A stretch of DNA of 64,000 nucleotides, taken from Catajapyx aquilonaris. Lineage: Eukaryota. A model generated the notes under the pieces. It saw only the letters and a list, made by a program, of their open reading frames with translations, was not told the DNA's origin and ran no database searches. The translations under genes were made by a program, and so were the position numbers. Positions 25,475 to 40,900 of the stretch are shown in pieces. Where the stretch lies: NCBI GenBank assembly GCA_000934665.2, contig KZ538203.1, positions 1 through 64,000 on the forward strand. Direction: 5' to 3'. Each line of letters begins with the position of its first letter. Positions within the stretch are counted from its first letter, which is position 1.

Positions 25475-25957
25475 CCTAGGAGGAGGGATGGGAAATGGGG
25501 CGTGCTGATTGGCTCAGTCATGCCAAAGGGGGAGGGATCATGTGAACGTAATTATGACGATTTCACTCTTAAAAGCATTTTTAAAGTCATAAAGTGTAAT
25601 TAGAAGTGTTAGGTAAATAAGTGTATGTAGGTCGTCATTTATACATTGTAAATTGATTTATATTACGCGATATTACTGGTCTCGGCCATGTTTGATGTAG
25701 TCGGTTGGCGGTTGCATCAAATTTGTGCAACATGTGAACATGACGACGAGTCGTGTCTTCTGGCTGTCTGTCCATGTCGCAGTCAAGTGAGCACCCACGA
25801 CAAAAAAATTCCCTGCATATATGTTCAGCATGGCTCACAGTCAATGTCTTGAATGTCCAGTGTTCAGAAGAGTTCAGTGACAGGAAAAATCCATCATCCA
25901 CTCGGGGAGACAGGAACTGATATGATTTGGTTTCTGCATTTGCTGCATAACAATGTA

Positions 25958-26500
25958 CTATTAACTGCAAAAGTAATGTTGCATGGTTATGTGATCTGAT
26001 GGCATCCGCAACTTGTTGTTTAGCATGGGTTGTGGGATTACGGAATATTGTCAAATGAACATCCATAACTTGGCAACACCCGTGATAAACCAAGGGGGTA
26101 ATCACTTCGGTACTCCGGTGTACACCTGGGAGTGGTACTCCCTGGTACTCCTCAGGCACCTCACTCTTTATTACTCCGTGGTACTCCTTGAATTTGGTAC
26201 TCCAGTGTACACTTTTCAGTCGAGGGATTACCCCCTTGTGATAAACAAGTTGCAGAGTTGGCGATACCCGACAATGAAGAAGAGGAAAGGGCTGGTGGTT
26301 TGGTGCCTGGCGCTGTGGGGCAGACGAGTGCTGGGATGCAGGACCAAACATTATAATTTTTATAGTATTCTTGCTTGTTATCCTTGTAGGAATAGGTGGA
26401 GGGCCTTTCTAGGCTGTATCGCCCAACAAAACTCGGTACAAGTTGGGGAAGCGCCGGACGCCATCACATAACCGTGCGACATTACTTTTGCAGTTCATAG
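25958..26500. mobile_element. Tc1/mariner-type MITE with a nested insertion
   Basis: About 40-50-bp TIRs CTATTAACTGCAAAAGTAATGTTGCATGGTTATGTGAT and (reverse complement) CTATGAACTGCAAAAGTAATGTCGCACGGTTATGTGAT, with TA on both flanks. Confidence 0.82.
26091..26238. mobile_element. 148-bp MITE with 8-bp TSD (P-element- or hAT-like), nested in the previous element
   Basis: 13-bp perfect TIR CAAGGGGGTAATC, perfect TSD TGATAAAC (26083-26090 and 26239-26246), and internal repeated GGTACTCC motifs. Confidence 0.85.
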
Positions 26501-27343
26501 TACTGTACTACTGAAGATCTTCATGACATCCATTTAAAGTGTGCCCATTTTACTAAACTTACTTCGTAATTGATGATCTTATCATTCTGCAGAACTGCGC
26601 CAATTCGGTGATGAGACAGATGAAATGTTTGGATTTCTTCTGATCTCTAATTTGCATATATGCAAATACCTTGCAGCACTGCTTCTAATCTAGTGCATAG
26701 AAACAGTGAGGTGAAATACAAACCCACCTAGAGTTCAAGACCTTGACTTATTACAACATTGACGTTGTAAACAACTCAATCCTGTTTGTTATAAGCCTGT
26801 AGAAGTGTAGCCGAAAACGAAACAATGATCGGCCGTCATCGTCACACAACAATATGAGTAAAGTGTTAACAAAAAGAACATTGTTTATGCCTATTGTTGC
26901 ATGAGAACAAAATGATGACGTCAGATCGTAGTTTCGTTTTCTGCACTGTAGATGCCTATTTGCATGACAATAGTGCAAGTAATGTACAACTACTAGCCAT
27001 AACACAGATGCTGCATGTCAGAAATAATCAGGATGAAATTTTAATGACAATTACATTTTAAGCTGCCCCTGCATTAAATTCTGGAAAAAATCAAGTCAAC
27101 AGAAATGATGATATTGATCCCAAAAATTTTCAAACATTGCAAAATCTGAATATTTATGCAATTATTTCAGTTTTCAGTTCAGTGGTTCTCTATGGTATGC
27201 CCTAAAAAGTGTAGAAAATGGCACAATTTGAGTAAGGCAGAAGTCTTTGGCACGGGGCCTTTATGGTCGGGTCGCCGTAACTCTGACACAGTAAGGCTGA
27301 AGTTTAAGGTGGGAAGTTGCATATCTCTAGCATTGGTCTATAC

Positions 27344-27864
27344 CAGGGGTATTCAACTAGTTTATGACAAGGTCCAGTATTTACCTTTCCTGGGCCATTG
27401 AAGGTCCGGACCCCCCCACCCCCGGGTAAAGATATGGATTTTATATGGTATCAACAGTTCAAAAAGAATTGTCCCGTCGCGTCGAGCGGGCAGCCATGCG
27501 TCAGGATGAAAGGAACCAGTAACTGGTTGATACAACAGGGTTCATTTTTGAACACAGAAACATGTGCAGCAAGGGTAGAAGGCCTATCAAGCCATTTTCG
27601 CCCTTTATGAAGTCCTGTACAGGCACGTAGGCAGAATTTTTTTCCGGAGGGGCACCGATTTCATAAGCACAAGGGGAACAAGCTGTAACAGGCAGAATTT
27701 TTTTGTGGGGGTTCAAGGTCACACGAGCTTAGGTGGATGTGGGAGATTTGAAGCACCTTTTCCCCAAAAAATCATGAATTAGTAATTTCTAATGCTATTT
27801 GAAACTGTCCTGTATATTGTCGCAGTCCGGATCCGGACCACGGTCCACCAGTTGAATAGCCCTG
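27344..27864. mobile_element. hAT (Charlie-like) MITE between the Ran paralogs
   Basis: TIRs CAGGGGTATTCAACT / AGTTGAATAGCCCTG with 8-bp TSD GTCTATAC / GTCTGTAC (7/8 identical). Confidence 0.82.
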
Positions 27865-28204
27865 GTCTGTACATTGTGGCTAGTTCTCCGTTAGCCGTGT
27901 TATTTAAAAAAATTAATATCCAGGTTTTGCACATTCGCCAATTGCTGATGGTGGGAGTTACGAGATGGACAGAGATTGCCACAGGGCTCACACAAGCCAC
28001 TTGATCAAATCTAGTACAAATATTTGCAGATTGTCATTTGCATAAATCCAGAAGCCAAGTATCCAATCCTTTGCACACCTAATCAGGAATAGTTTCTATT
28101 GCACATGCACTTACATCAGTCATGGGCTGAATATGGGTATCTACATAATGTAAGATGGTACATGATATTCAAGAAAAACATAGCAAAATCAGGAACTACC
28201 TATG

Positions 28205-28210
28205 TTTATT
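28205..28210 (-). promoter_or_regulatory. Candidate polyadenylation signal of Ran-B
   Basis: AATAAA on the minus strand about 610 nt downstream of the Ran-B stop, just beyond the 3' UTR blocks shared with Ran-A. Confidence 0.55.
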
Positions 28211-28818
28211 TAAAACTCACTCGAGTTTTAAAAACCAACTCACATACAAATAATAGTAAGGGCACTCATGACAACTAATAAGTGAAGAGTTGAACACAAC
28301 AGCAGAAAGATGCGTCAGTTGATCGTCGAGATAAATCAGACATACATAAACATAGCCAAACATTCGAAATGTCAAAGAAAATTACTACAATGTCGTTGGA
28401 ACAATAATGAGGGCTTATGGCTATCACAAAGCCACTCACTTTGGCCATAAAAACTTGGTAGTTTTATAACAACGATTCATTTCCACAGTGCATTTGTGAT
28501 GAACTAATGTAAACTCATTTTCACAAACATGTCCAATTACCAGATTTATGCTCATTTTCTGACAACCTCAAGGAAAATTCTGTCATCCACACCACTAGCA
28601 AAAACAAAAAATTAAAAAATCCAATCACTCTTCATTCAGCATCACACAAAATACTGTTGCTTGCTTTACACCATTATTTCCTGATGAGTTACACAACTTC
28701 AAAAGAATTAGTAACATCCACTTGCATCTTGACAAATCCAGCGAGTGGGAGACATGTTGACGAAAAAAGTTTGTAGGCCTAGTAGTCTACGCCAGTTTTC
28801 TTTCAATGCTCAAACACA

Positions 28819-32016
<3,198 letters not shown>

Positions 32017-32335
32017 CTTCCTAGTTGGTCTCTGGAATGCACTGGGTATTCAACACTGGGCCACTTTGAATTTGGGAAGCACATTCACACAAAAACCATA
32101 GTAACCTCCAGGCATGGTAACTGTTTCGTAAACATGCAAGGCCATAGTGCTGATTATAAATTCGAATATTCGAACGCGGCCATGGGGGTTGGGAAGGTAT
32201 CAAAGGAAAATAGTACGAAGGCAGCATATTAATTTTTTGATTTTGCAGCGTCTCTGAGCCTTCATCTGATCAGGACTGGTGCGGCAAAATGTAGATGGGA
32301 ATCAGAAGCATAACCCGTGCCAGGCTTCAACTCAC

Positions 32336-32417
32336 CGAGACAGGTAAATCTAGCGATATCGGCGGATTCTGTTGAGGTGCGGACCCAGCTCTTTAGGTTC
32401 ACAATGGCGTTCCGTTG
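32336..32417 (-). other. Non-coding first exon / core promoter of Ran-B
   Basis: Donor TCG|GTGAGT at 32336/32335 and acceptor TTCCAG ending at 32032. The sequence is clearly homologous to 25393-25474. The 5' boundary is approximate. Confidence 0.7.
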
Positions 32418-32737
32418 ACATTCCAGGCCGGAAGGGGGATCGGAGAGGCGGGCAAAGTTAGTTCGGGAGGAGCTCGGGTGAGGGCGCACACGGATATATT
32501 TCCGGCCAATTCTTCTTAATACTAGAGTTTTACATAACATATTGTGAAATTATCACGTAATTAATAAGTAAAAGTCACATATTGCATAGGAATTGTAATA
32601 TTGCATATTTGAAACGAAGGCAGGTTTGGGCGTGGAAGGCGTCCATGTTTAGTCCAGGTGTATGGCGGTTGCTTCAAACCGTGCTTCAAACTCAGAGGTC
32701 ATGTTGGCCGTTCAGAGGATTGTCAGGAATGGTCAGG

Positions 32738-32810
32738 CATCATCAATCATCATCATCAATTCATCATCATCATCATCATCAACAACAACAACAACAACAG
32801 CAGCAACAAC
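32738..32810 (+). repeat. Compound microsatellite (CAT)n(CAA)n(CAG)n
   Basis: Directly visible. It may be the simple-repeat tail of a truncated non-LTR retroelement. Confidence 0.85.
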
Positions 32811-32944
32811 ACGGCATTTCCCTATTTAATAGGGGTAGTCAGCGATGAAGGGAGACTCAAGCTAACCCAACATTTGAACTAATAATTAAAACTTGTGAAA
32901 ATAAACCTATAAACAACCCGTCAGGCATCAATATCTCAAAATGA

Positions 32945-33200
32945 GGGCGGCAAGGTGGCATGGGTTATCGCCACAGCCTTCCACCTCTGAGGTCCCGAGT
33001 TCGATCCCCGGAACGGACATGGGATACATAAGATAAGAAATTTTCTCGGATTTTCATTCCCCGTTTCCTACCGCAACCAAAACCAGCCATCACAGGAGAG
33101 GCAAATCGTTAAAGTCGGTTAATGAAAAGACGATCCCCCTTTTAAAAAGGCCCACCGAGTCCTATCACGGGGTATCCATGATTATTATTATTTTATGCTG
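32945..33200 (+). mobile_element. tRNA-derived SINE (family 2, second copy)
   Basis: GGGCGG head, GAGTTCGATCCCCGG B-box, degenerate core TTTTCTCGG...GTTTCCTACC, and tail homologous to 30682-30944 ending (ATT)n. Perfect 13-bp TSD TATCTCAAAATGA (32932-32944 and 33201-33213). Confidence 0.88.
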
Positions 33201-34072
33201 TATCTCAAAATGACCCAAGTTGATAAATGAATTGCAAATTTTAAATTTACGGTTTCTGATTACCAAGAGCTAATTGACTGCACAATCATACTGTATATAT
33301 ACTGTATATACTAGTACTGTACGTCTGTACTGTACCTGAATGTGAAGGTTTCTTGCTAGAAGAATGTTTACCAACGCGTTGCAAAAACTTTTTGAATTTT
33401 CTAACGCAGAACTTTGAACCAGAATACTACAGCTACAGTACAGTAGCCTACACAGTATTATATGCGGGATTATAAATAATGAAAAGAAACACATTTCAAA
33501 AATAACCCTAAGAAGGAAAACTGTGTCTAACGTATATTGAATCATCACGAGAGATATGATTGTATATTCTACTACCGATAAAGCAGGATTGTGCAAGGAG
33601 TGTAATCAACTCAGAGGGAATCCATAGTGATCATCTGTGCCAATCTTATCTACACGTATATCCAACTCACACATTGCAAAATATTTATATCGAGAAAGCC
33701 GGTAACCGATAACTTTGTGACGTATCCGCCCATACGTTCTGAATATTAATCAAGCATAACAGCTTTGCAGGCTCTTTCTCTTGTGAGAAACACGTGTATA
33801 CTGGCGTGGGCGAGCATGAGGACCAGGCTGAGCGAATTGCTCTTCAGGCTGGAAGAAGAGGTTTGTCAACTTATCGCTCTTAATCACATCATGATATGAT
33901 TAGTCATTACACTGCACCAAGTTTGACGTCATCGAAGAATGTTACGTGGGTAGATTAATCAGAAGATTTTGTTGACTCCATCATCTGTTACGCCTACTCA
34001 CTGCAAACATGGGTATGGGTGGGAATGAACTAATGCATACAGGTAGTCTTTTGGACGTAGGTTCCTTGCTGG

Positions 34073-34273
34073 TAGGGCTGTGCGATATCCGAATTTACAT
34101 ATCGACTTTCGATACTTAAAAATATCGAAAATCGACATCGAACCGACATCGAAAAATTCGTGGAAAAATCGCAATATTCGATACATCGAACATGCCAAAC
34201 GTCGGATATCGCAACTTCGATATTAGAAAAATATCGTATCGACAGTCGATGTATCGAAATATCGCACACCCCT
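34073..34273. mobile_element. hAT-like MITE rich in CGATA/TATCG motifs
   Basis: TIRs TAGGGCTGTGCGATAT / ATATCGCACACCCCT. The interior is built of repeated ATCG/CGAT words. No TSD was recognised. Confidence 0.7.
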
Positions 34274-34487
34274 CGTCACAAGATGCTTCGGACTCAACAT
34301 GGCGTCACCCTGGTGCCAAACCGTCACCTTCACAATCTGTATCGCGCAATTAGGCCCAAAAATAATTGCCCCCGCTATTTAATAAGAACACATATTGTAA
34401 TAGTAATCTTTTAATAAATTGTGCAAAACAAGTGTTGAGTTGTGGTAGGGGTGTGGTGTAGGAGGGCAGCAGGCGGGCAGGGTTGTA

Positions 34488-34544
34488 TGACGTCACCAGC
34501 AAGGGCAGGGAGGGGCAGGAGGGGCAGGGAGGTGGGAGGGAGGG
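34488..34544 (+). promoter_or_regulatory. Syx1A proximal promoter: full CRE palindrome followed by a G-tract array
   Basis: TGACGTCA at 34488-34495 and eight G3-G4 tracts at 34503-34544, about 430-490 bp upstream of the Syx1A ATG. Confidence 0.55.
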
Positions 34545-34976
34545 CATCCGGACTTGCCGTACTGCAGCAGCCGCGATCAGCAGCAGTCGACATTAGAAAA
34601 AGGCGTACCCCAACCCCCTACCCTGCCATCCACCACAACCAGGGAGGGCCCAGAGAAAAAAGAGGCACCTGCTCGAGTTATGCCAGTGTCGGTGTGAACT
34701 CTCTAGTGAGGTGGTGTTGTCCAGGTGCAGTGTTTCAAGGGTGGGAGGAAGGGCAAAGGGTGAGGTGGTGAGGTGTTGTGCTCTTCTTCATAAAAAGGTG
34801 GTGGAGCAACTGTGTCAGTGAATCATGATGGTGCTGTGCTAGTAGTGGGAGCCCTGCCTTTTTTAGGGAGAGAGAGATATAGTGGATTGCACCCTGCATG
34901 GTGCTGGTCCGCTGCCTGGTTCATACTGATAGGCGGTTTTAGTTTCACGGGGAATAGTTAACCGCACGCTGGAGCC

Positions 34977-37900
34977 ATGACCAAGGATCGGTTAGCAGCC
35001 CTCAAGGCGGTGAGTATTGTTTGCAGGGGGTTCGGAGAGGGGCTAGGCCTAGACAATATTATTTTGAGAGGACGGGGTTGACCTGATGATTTCTAAATTG
35101 CAGGCCCAGAGCGACGACGACGATGTCGGTCCAGATGATGTCGCTGTCAACGTGGAGGGCAGAGATGGCTTCATGGATGAATTCTTCTCAGAGGTAAGTG
35201 TCATCTGATGTGTGCTTAGAGTGAAGGGTGGCTGAGGTTGTGACAGGGTTGTGAGGAACACATAACAGAAAGCTAATGTTGAGATTTTCACCTCCAGTTT
35301 GGGAAATGCACTGTTTGCACTCTGCTCTAGGATGAATGTTCCTTAAGGTTGGCGTTTAGGTGAAATCTGGGAAAGGAGCAGTCTGTAATATTGTCGAAGA
35401 AATTTATGCAGCTTAAATCAAAGCTCAGCCAACTTTGAGTTCGAGTAAGGTATGGGAGCGATGGATTCCCTATAGTATGCATATACCACTCGCCAAGTTT
35501 TCCAACATGAATGTGCTTCTGGAATGTTCTCTACTTGAGCTACAGAGGTTCCAATGGCTACATCTCAGGCATTTTGTATTCTCAGGAGATGTTGCAGACT
35601 TGGGTCTACTTTATTCCGCTCTGTTGTAACTAAAATGAGGTGGCTAATGTTATTTGGACACAGATATTGATATTTTGATTTCAAGTGGATAGTTGCCCAT
35701 ATGATTTTTAAAGTTTCATGCACCATATTCTGCTTCAGAGTCACTGAATGTATGGTCATCAAGTGAGATAGCCTACAAGTTGAATCTATGAGCATGTACA
35801 TATTGTACAAGCTTAGAGTTTTACGATGGACTAATCCTACTTGGTGACCAGATTTATATGCATTTTAGGATATGCTTATGATGCCAAGTATGAGCTTATC
35901 CCTTGATCCGCTGAACACGAGTTGCAGTATTTCCTTTGAACCACGGAGTAATGTTACATGCCAGAGCATGCACTGCATAAATACATATGAATGATGTATA
36001 GTGGCAATAGCTGATTCTGCGTGATAAATTCTGGAATAAAAACATATTTCTGAGAATTAGGAAAGTTTAGACTGCTACTGACAAATGAAGCTGCTCAGCT
36101 GTCAAGGAAAGTGACAGGCAATATTGGTTATTTAGGATTGTTGTAAAAGTATCCAGTATACTTTGGGGAAATATATTTTCTCCATCTCATTCACAAGGCA
36201 GGAGTGTGTGCTGCAGGACAATAACCTGACATGAAAAGGAATTAAATTTGCAGTACTATTGCTTCATGCATGCCTATTTTGAGCATCTTCAATATTTTTG
36301 TGCCCACTTGCCCATGTTATTTGTATTGGCAGAGGCTATTTCCTGTTAGATAAATATTCCCAAATAAACCCAACGACTTTGCACACATTTTATGAAAGGC
36401 TATGGTTATATTTATTTGGGTCGACCATTCACTTGCTTTGGTTCTGTGGTTCTCAAAGAGTCATCTGTGGGTCTGTGAGGTTCCTGCAGATGGACCGATC
36501 AAAAATTTCATAATTATTTGTTGGAGTTTTACATGTGAATGATGATTTGTTTGAGGAGATGAGTGGTTGTGGTAGTGGGCTGTGGTCAAAGAGTTGAGAA
36601 GTACGCTTTGGGTCAGTAGTTATAATATGTGGTTATTATTGGAAAGATTTAGATTGGGCAGGTATTGTCAGGGAAGGAATATGGAAACCTTATCAGATAT
36701 CTTGATTGTGTCATGATGCAACAGCAACCTTGATATTGGAAGTGAAGATGTGGAAATAGTAGTTATGATGTGCCAGACCCCATGAGAAGTGCAAAGTACA
36801 GTACTGTATTTGATTCAAGGTCATATGAAACAATGGGAATGAACATTTTTAGTGCCAGGGCCAAAGGGAGTATGAGCAGTTGTGATGATGATGTCAGAAG
36901 TGAGCTGCTTTATAGTACAAGTTACTTAGGATTATACAAATAAAACTAACCTGATAAAGCTGAGCTAGACCTTTTGTCACTTCCAAAATTTAAGCATGCT
37001 ATATTGTTATCATAATCTGTTAATATTATCCATACAGAGAGCCAAGAGCTCATCTTGATAGGCCAACGTGTCAATCCAAAATGTGACTGATCTTAGAAAA
37101 CATTGCATGGACTTTGACCCAATTCTAATTTTACCTTCGTGGATTCCAATACATTGTAGCTAACTAAAAGTTGGATTTAAATTTTTTGTGGATGGTATCA
37201 TTATTGGCATTATTAAATTTTTTGGTAAAATCATTAGGGTGCCATGGTTGTGTAGTATTTAGAGCCATAGCCTTCTCCCTCTCAGGTCCTGTGTTCGGTC
37301 TCCTCTTTTCTTCCACAGTGCAGTCAATAATTAAAGTTGGGCAAATAAAAGGTCTCCTAAAAGGTCCAAATATGCCTATCATAGGGTATCCAATAATGAT
37401 TATTGTTATTGTAAAATAATTCAGTTATACCTAGGCACATCATAGAGTAAATTATTACACCTGATAAGAAGGTGGAGCTACTGATATCTTTATATCACAG
37501 TATCAGCACATTGATCACATAATGTGTCCATAAATCTTATCATAACTAAGCACAATCAATGATCATCTCCAAAGTGACTGTCACGGAAATTGCTTCATTG
37601 GCAAGTTACCTTGTCCACGAAACCATTTCTGTCACAGCCTTTAATAGGTCTCGGATTGTAGGTTTTACATCTACAATCAACATTGACATATTTGCTTGGG
37701 AGCCCCATAGCATGCACATGATAGAGCTTGATATAGAGTGCACTCATCATGAGAAATTGGTGATGGTAATCCTAGCTCTTTGCATGCAGACTTCAATGCA
37801 GAAACTGGACACTCAGTGTTTTATTGCATTGTGGTGCTTTTGAAAAGTGACAATTGCATACAATAGCTCTTCCCTTATGCACTCTATGATAGAGTGATTA

Positions 37901-40900
37901 GTCTTGTGAACTCTTAGTGGGTGGTAAGGTTTTGATGTATAGTTTGATGACATGTATGCATTGTTTTGAAACAACTTGCTCTGTAATGTGCCACTGTCAG
38001 AACATGTGGCAATACTGCACCAACCAATCCACAGTTTAACATTTTTGAACTCTTGATATTGTCAAGTGACTTCTCACATTGCTCACATCAAACATTTATG
38101 CCCACTCACTAAGGAAATAGCACGTATGAGTAATATACTGTACACTACAGTATGTATAGCTTACTGCCTCCACTCACTAGACAAGCGATACAGTCAGATA
38201 TACACACAAGTGGTTTGTAATCTCATGAATAATTGAAGTGAGGCTGGGCTAATCCATTAGTGCACAAGTAGGTTACGTCTACTCCGGGAATTGAAAGGAT
38301 GTAATGGAAAGTTACTTTAGATTACCCTCAAGTGGCTATAAATTAACATTTATGCAGAAACTATGCTGCTAATGTGAGATATTGGCAAGAATTCAAGCCT
38401 AGTAGCACTCTCGTTGTAGTGTGCGTGCTGTAGTACATATTTGTTAGTGCTTCCTCTTCAGCAAGCATGGAAATGGACCTCGTTTATCTAATTACGTTAA
38501 GTACTTACTCTATAATCTGTAAAGTTGAATACTATTGATTCCATTTTTTTTTTTTAATCCATGCTGTAGTTTCAAATTATTTGATAGAAATTGAACTCTG
38601 ATGACGAATGGAGGCCATATAAGGCCTGGGTGATAATGAAAATTTAAGTCCACAAACAGGTAATTGGATTCCAGAGGAATTATGCACTTTCCACTCTGCA
38701 TTGCGGTTTCACTTTAATTTTCTTATCCGTTTACCATTAATTAAGTACAGAATCTCATTATCCGGGTCAAAGCCAGCACATTTTGGACCAAAAATGGCAC
38801 GAAATCCGGCATTTTTTTTTTGTTGTGAAAAGTCTTGAAAAACTTGGGAGTTGCACACCATGTGCAAATTGATGGCCCAAATTGGAATCGAAACTCACAG
38901 CTGCAGAGTAATCAGCAGGTGGGCCAAACTGGAGGGGAATCTGCACGTAAATGAAATACGGTATAAGCTGACATTTGGTGGTGGTGGCTCCTGGGAGCTT
39001 CCTCTGGCCTGTGGAATTGGTCCATGAGGAAATGGGACGCGGGTGACATTCACCGAGACGGACCTGTCATTGGTTGTCGCTTATCGTGTATAATTTGCTT
39101 GGTGCATGTACGACATGAAATGGGAACAAATTATAATTTTTTATGGCTTTGTCTTGTGATGGATGGTAACGATTTGTGGCTGAGTCACGTGGATGGATTT
39201 TCCGGATCGTCATATGACAATTGATGCCATCCAAGTTGACTCTAAATAAGCTGAATACATTGACCATTATTTGAGCACACTTAATTATTTCCAGGATATT
39301 TCAGTACAATGAATAATTATTAATTCATTCTGTAGTTCAATCTAGTCCAGCACTGTAAGTGGCCGGCCTTGACTTTTTTTAAATACCTATTTCAGGTACG
39401 ACCTGTAATCTCATGCACAATGTATGACCCGGTGTAACCCACATTGGTTGTATGCAAATGGGGGGACCGTACGGGAGGAAGATTGACGTCGGCCACCGGA
39501 ACAGTCGTGTCGGACAATGGGCCCTGCTAATGAGCGGCCTCCATTGGGGAATTCATATTTGTTTTGGGAGGTCCAGAAGGAGGCTGACCTAATCTGGGGG
39601 ATGGTTTGCAACGAGGAAAGGATTTAGGGAGGGGAGCCCCTGAGGATTTTGGGCCGGGCCAAAACGGCCAGGCGAGTTCCTGAGTGGAGTCTGCGGGTTT
39701 TCAAGTGGTGTGCAGCCGTTAATTGATCACAACTTGGGTCTGTTTTAAAAGAGGCGAGGGATTTGGTCCAAATCGAATTTGCCATTCGGTATTGAAGAGG
39801 GTGCGGCAGTTTTCGCAAGGGAAGCACTGGACTACTNGGGGGGGGGGAAGCTGCTAACCAGGCCGGGAAAATACGAGGGGATGTGTAAATGTAGCTGGCA
39901 GAATAATTTCATTTAGCGTGATGCAGGCAAAAGCTAACAGGGTGCGTAAAGCCTCTTTGGCTAAAATCGAGCCGGGGGCTTTATGAAAATGCGCGTTGCA
40001 AATCCAGAGGAAAAATGTTTTTTTCTAAAAATTTTTTTTTGCGGAATTGTTTCTTCATCTGCTTAAAGCACTGTACTTGTAGTTATTAAATGGAGCGATT
40101 TTAGCTCCTTACATGTATTGTGGGGGGATTTGCGCTTGGCACTGGAATGATGCAGTTCAATCCGAAGTACAGTATGACTACAGTGCCCTATTGTTGTTAG
40201 CAAGCTGTAATTGTGTTGGTATGTGTAGCGTGCAGCTGCAAGTGGCAGAATGGAATTATAATCGCCGTAAATTGTTTAGCTCGGTTTTACGTTCGGGAAA
40301 TGACTAACTTTGTAAAAATTTAGGGACTTCGTTGTGTAAGGTCAATGATACAAGTTATTCCATGTTAATGTACACTGCCGAAATTAATTACCGAGTTGCA
40401 CACGTTAGCGTGTTAAGCCCTGCATAAGTGACAGCCTGTAGCTAAGCATAATGAGCTGATGTCATTTTCCGGCCTATTACGAATACATTTGGCTACATAT
40501 ATCTGAGGCCGTGACTTAACAAGGCCACGCCCAATGGCTTCATGTATATAGGCAAACCACATGTTACGTACCGAGCCCCCATAAAAATTATACAGTGAGC
40601 CGTTCCAGATTGTTAGCTCGTAATATTAATCGCCCTGTTAGTAAAATGAAGGTGTACAGGTGTTAGCACCGACCTTGGCATCTTGTATCCGTCTCGTTAA
40701 AATCGAGGGACCTGCAACAATTAGCCAGCTAGTTACCAGCTGCTGATGATGGTGGAAACGGAGAGCTGCGAGACTTTCCTTGACACTCGTAAAGGATCAG
40801 CTTCAAGGCGACGGGGGTTATGTATTACATGCTCATCTGGCTCAAGGGACTTAACCGCAGCCGTTCCTTCCAAACTCCTCGGCATCAGTGTACCCCACTC

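Noticed and set aside
26100..26215. Short repeated GGTACTCC units as a CRISPR-like array
   Set aside because: The units are 8 bp, irregularly spaced and inside a TIR/TSD-bounded MITE in eukaryotic DNA.
25635..26351. Longest ORF in the track (238 aa, minus strand)
   Set aside because: It runs across two nested MITEs with clear TIRs and TSDs, has a non-ATG start and shows no recognisable domain. It is a chance open frame.
32582..32848. Poly-His/poly-Gln ORF
   Set aside because: Produced by the compound microsatellite; no other coding evidence.
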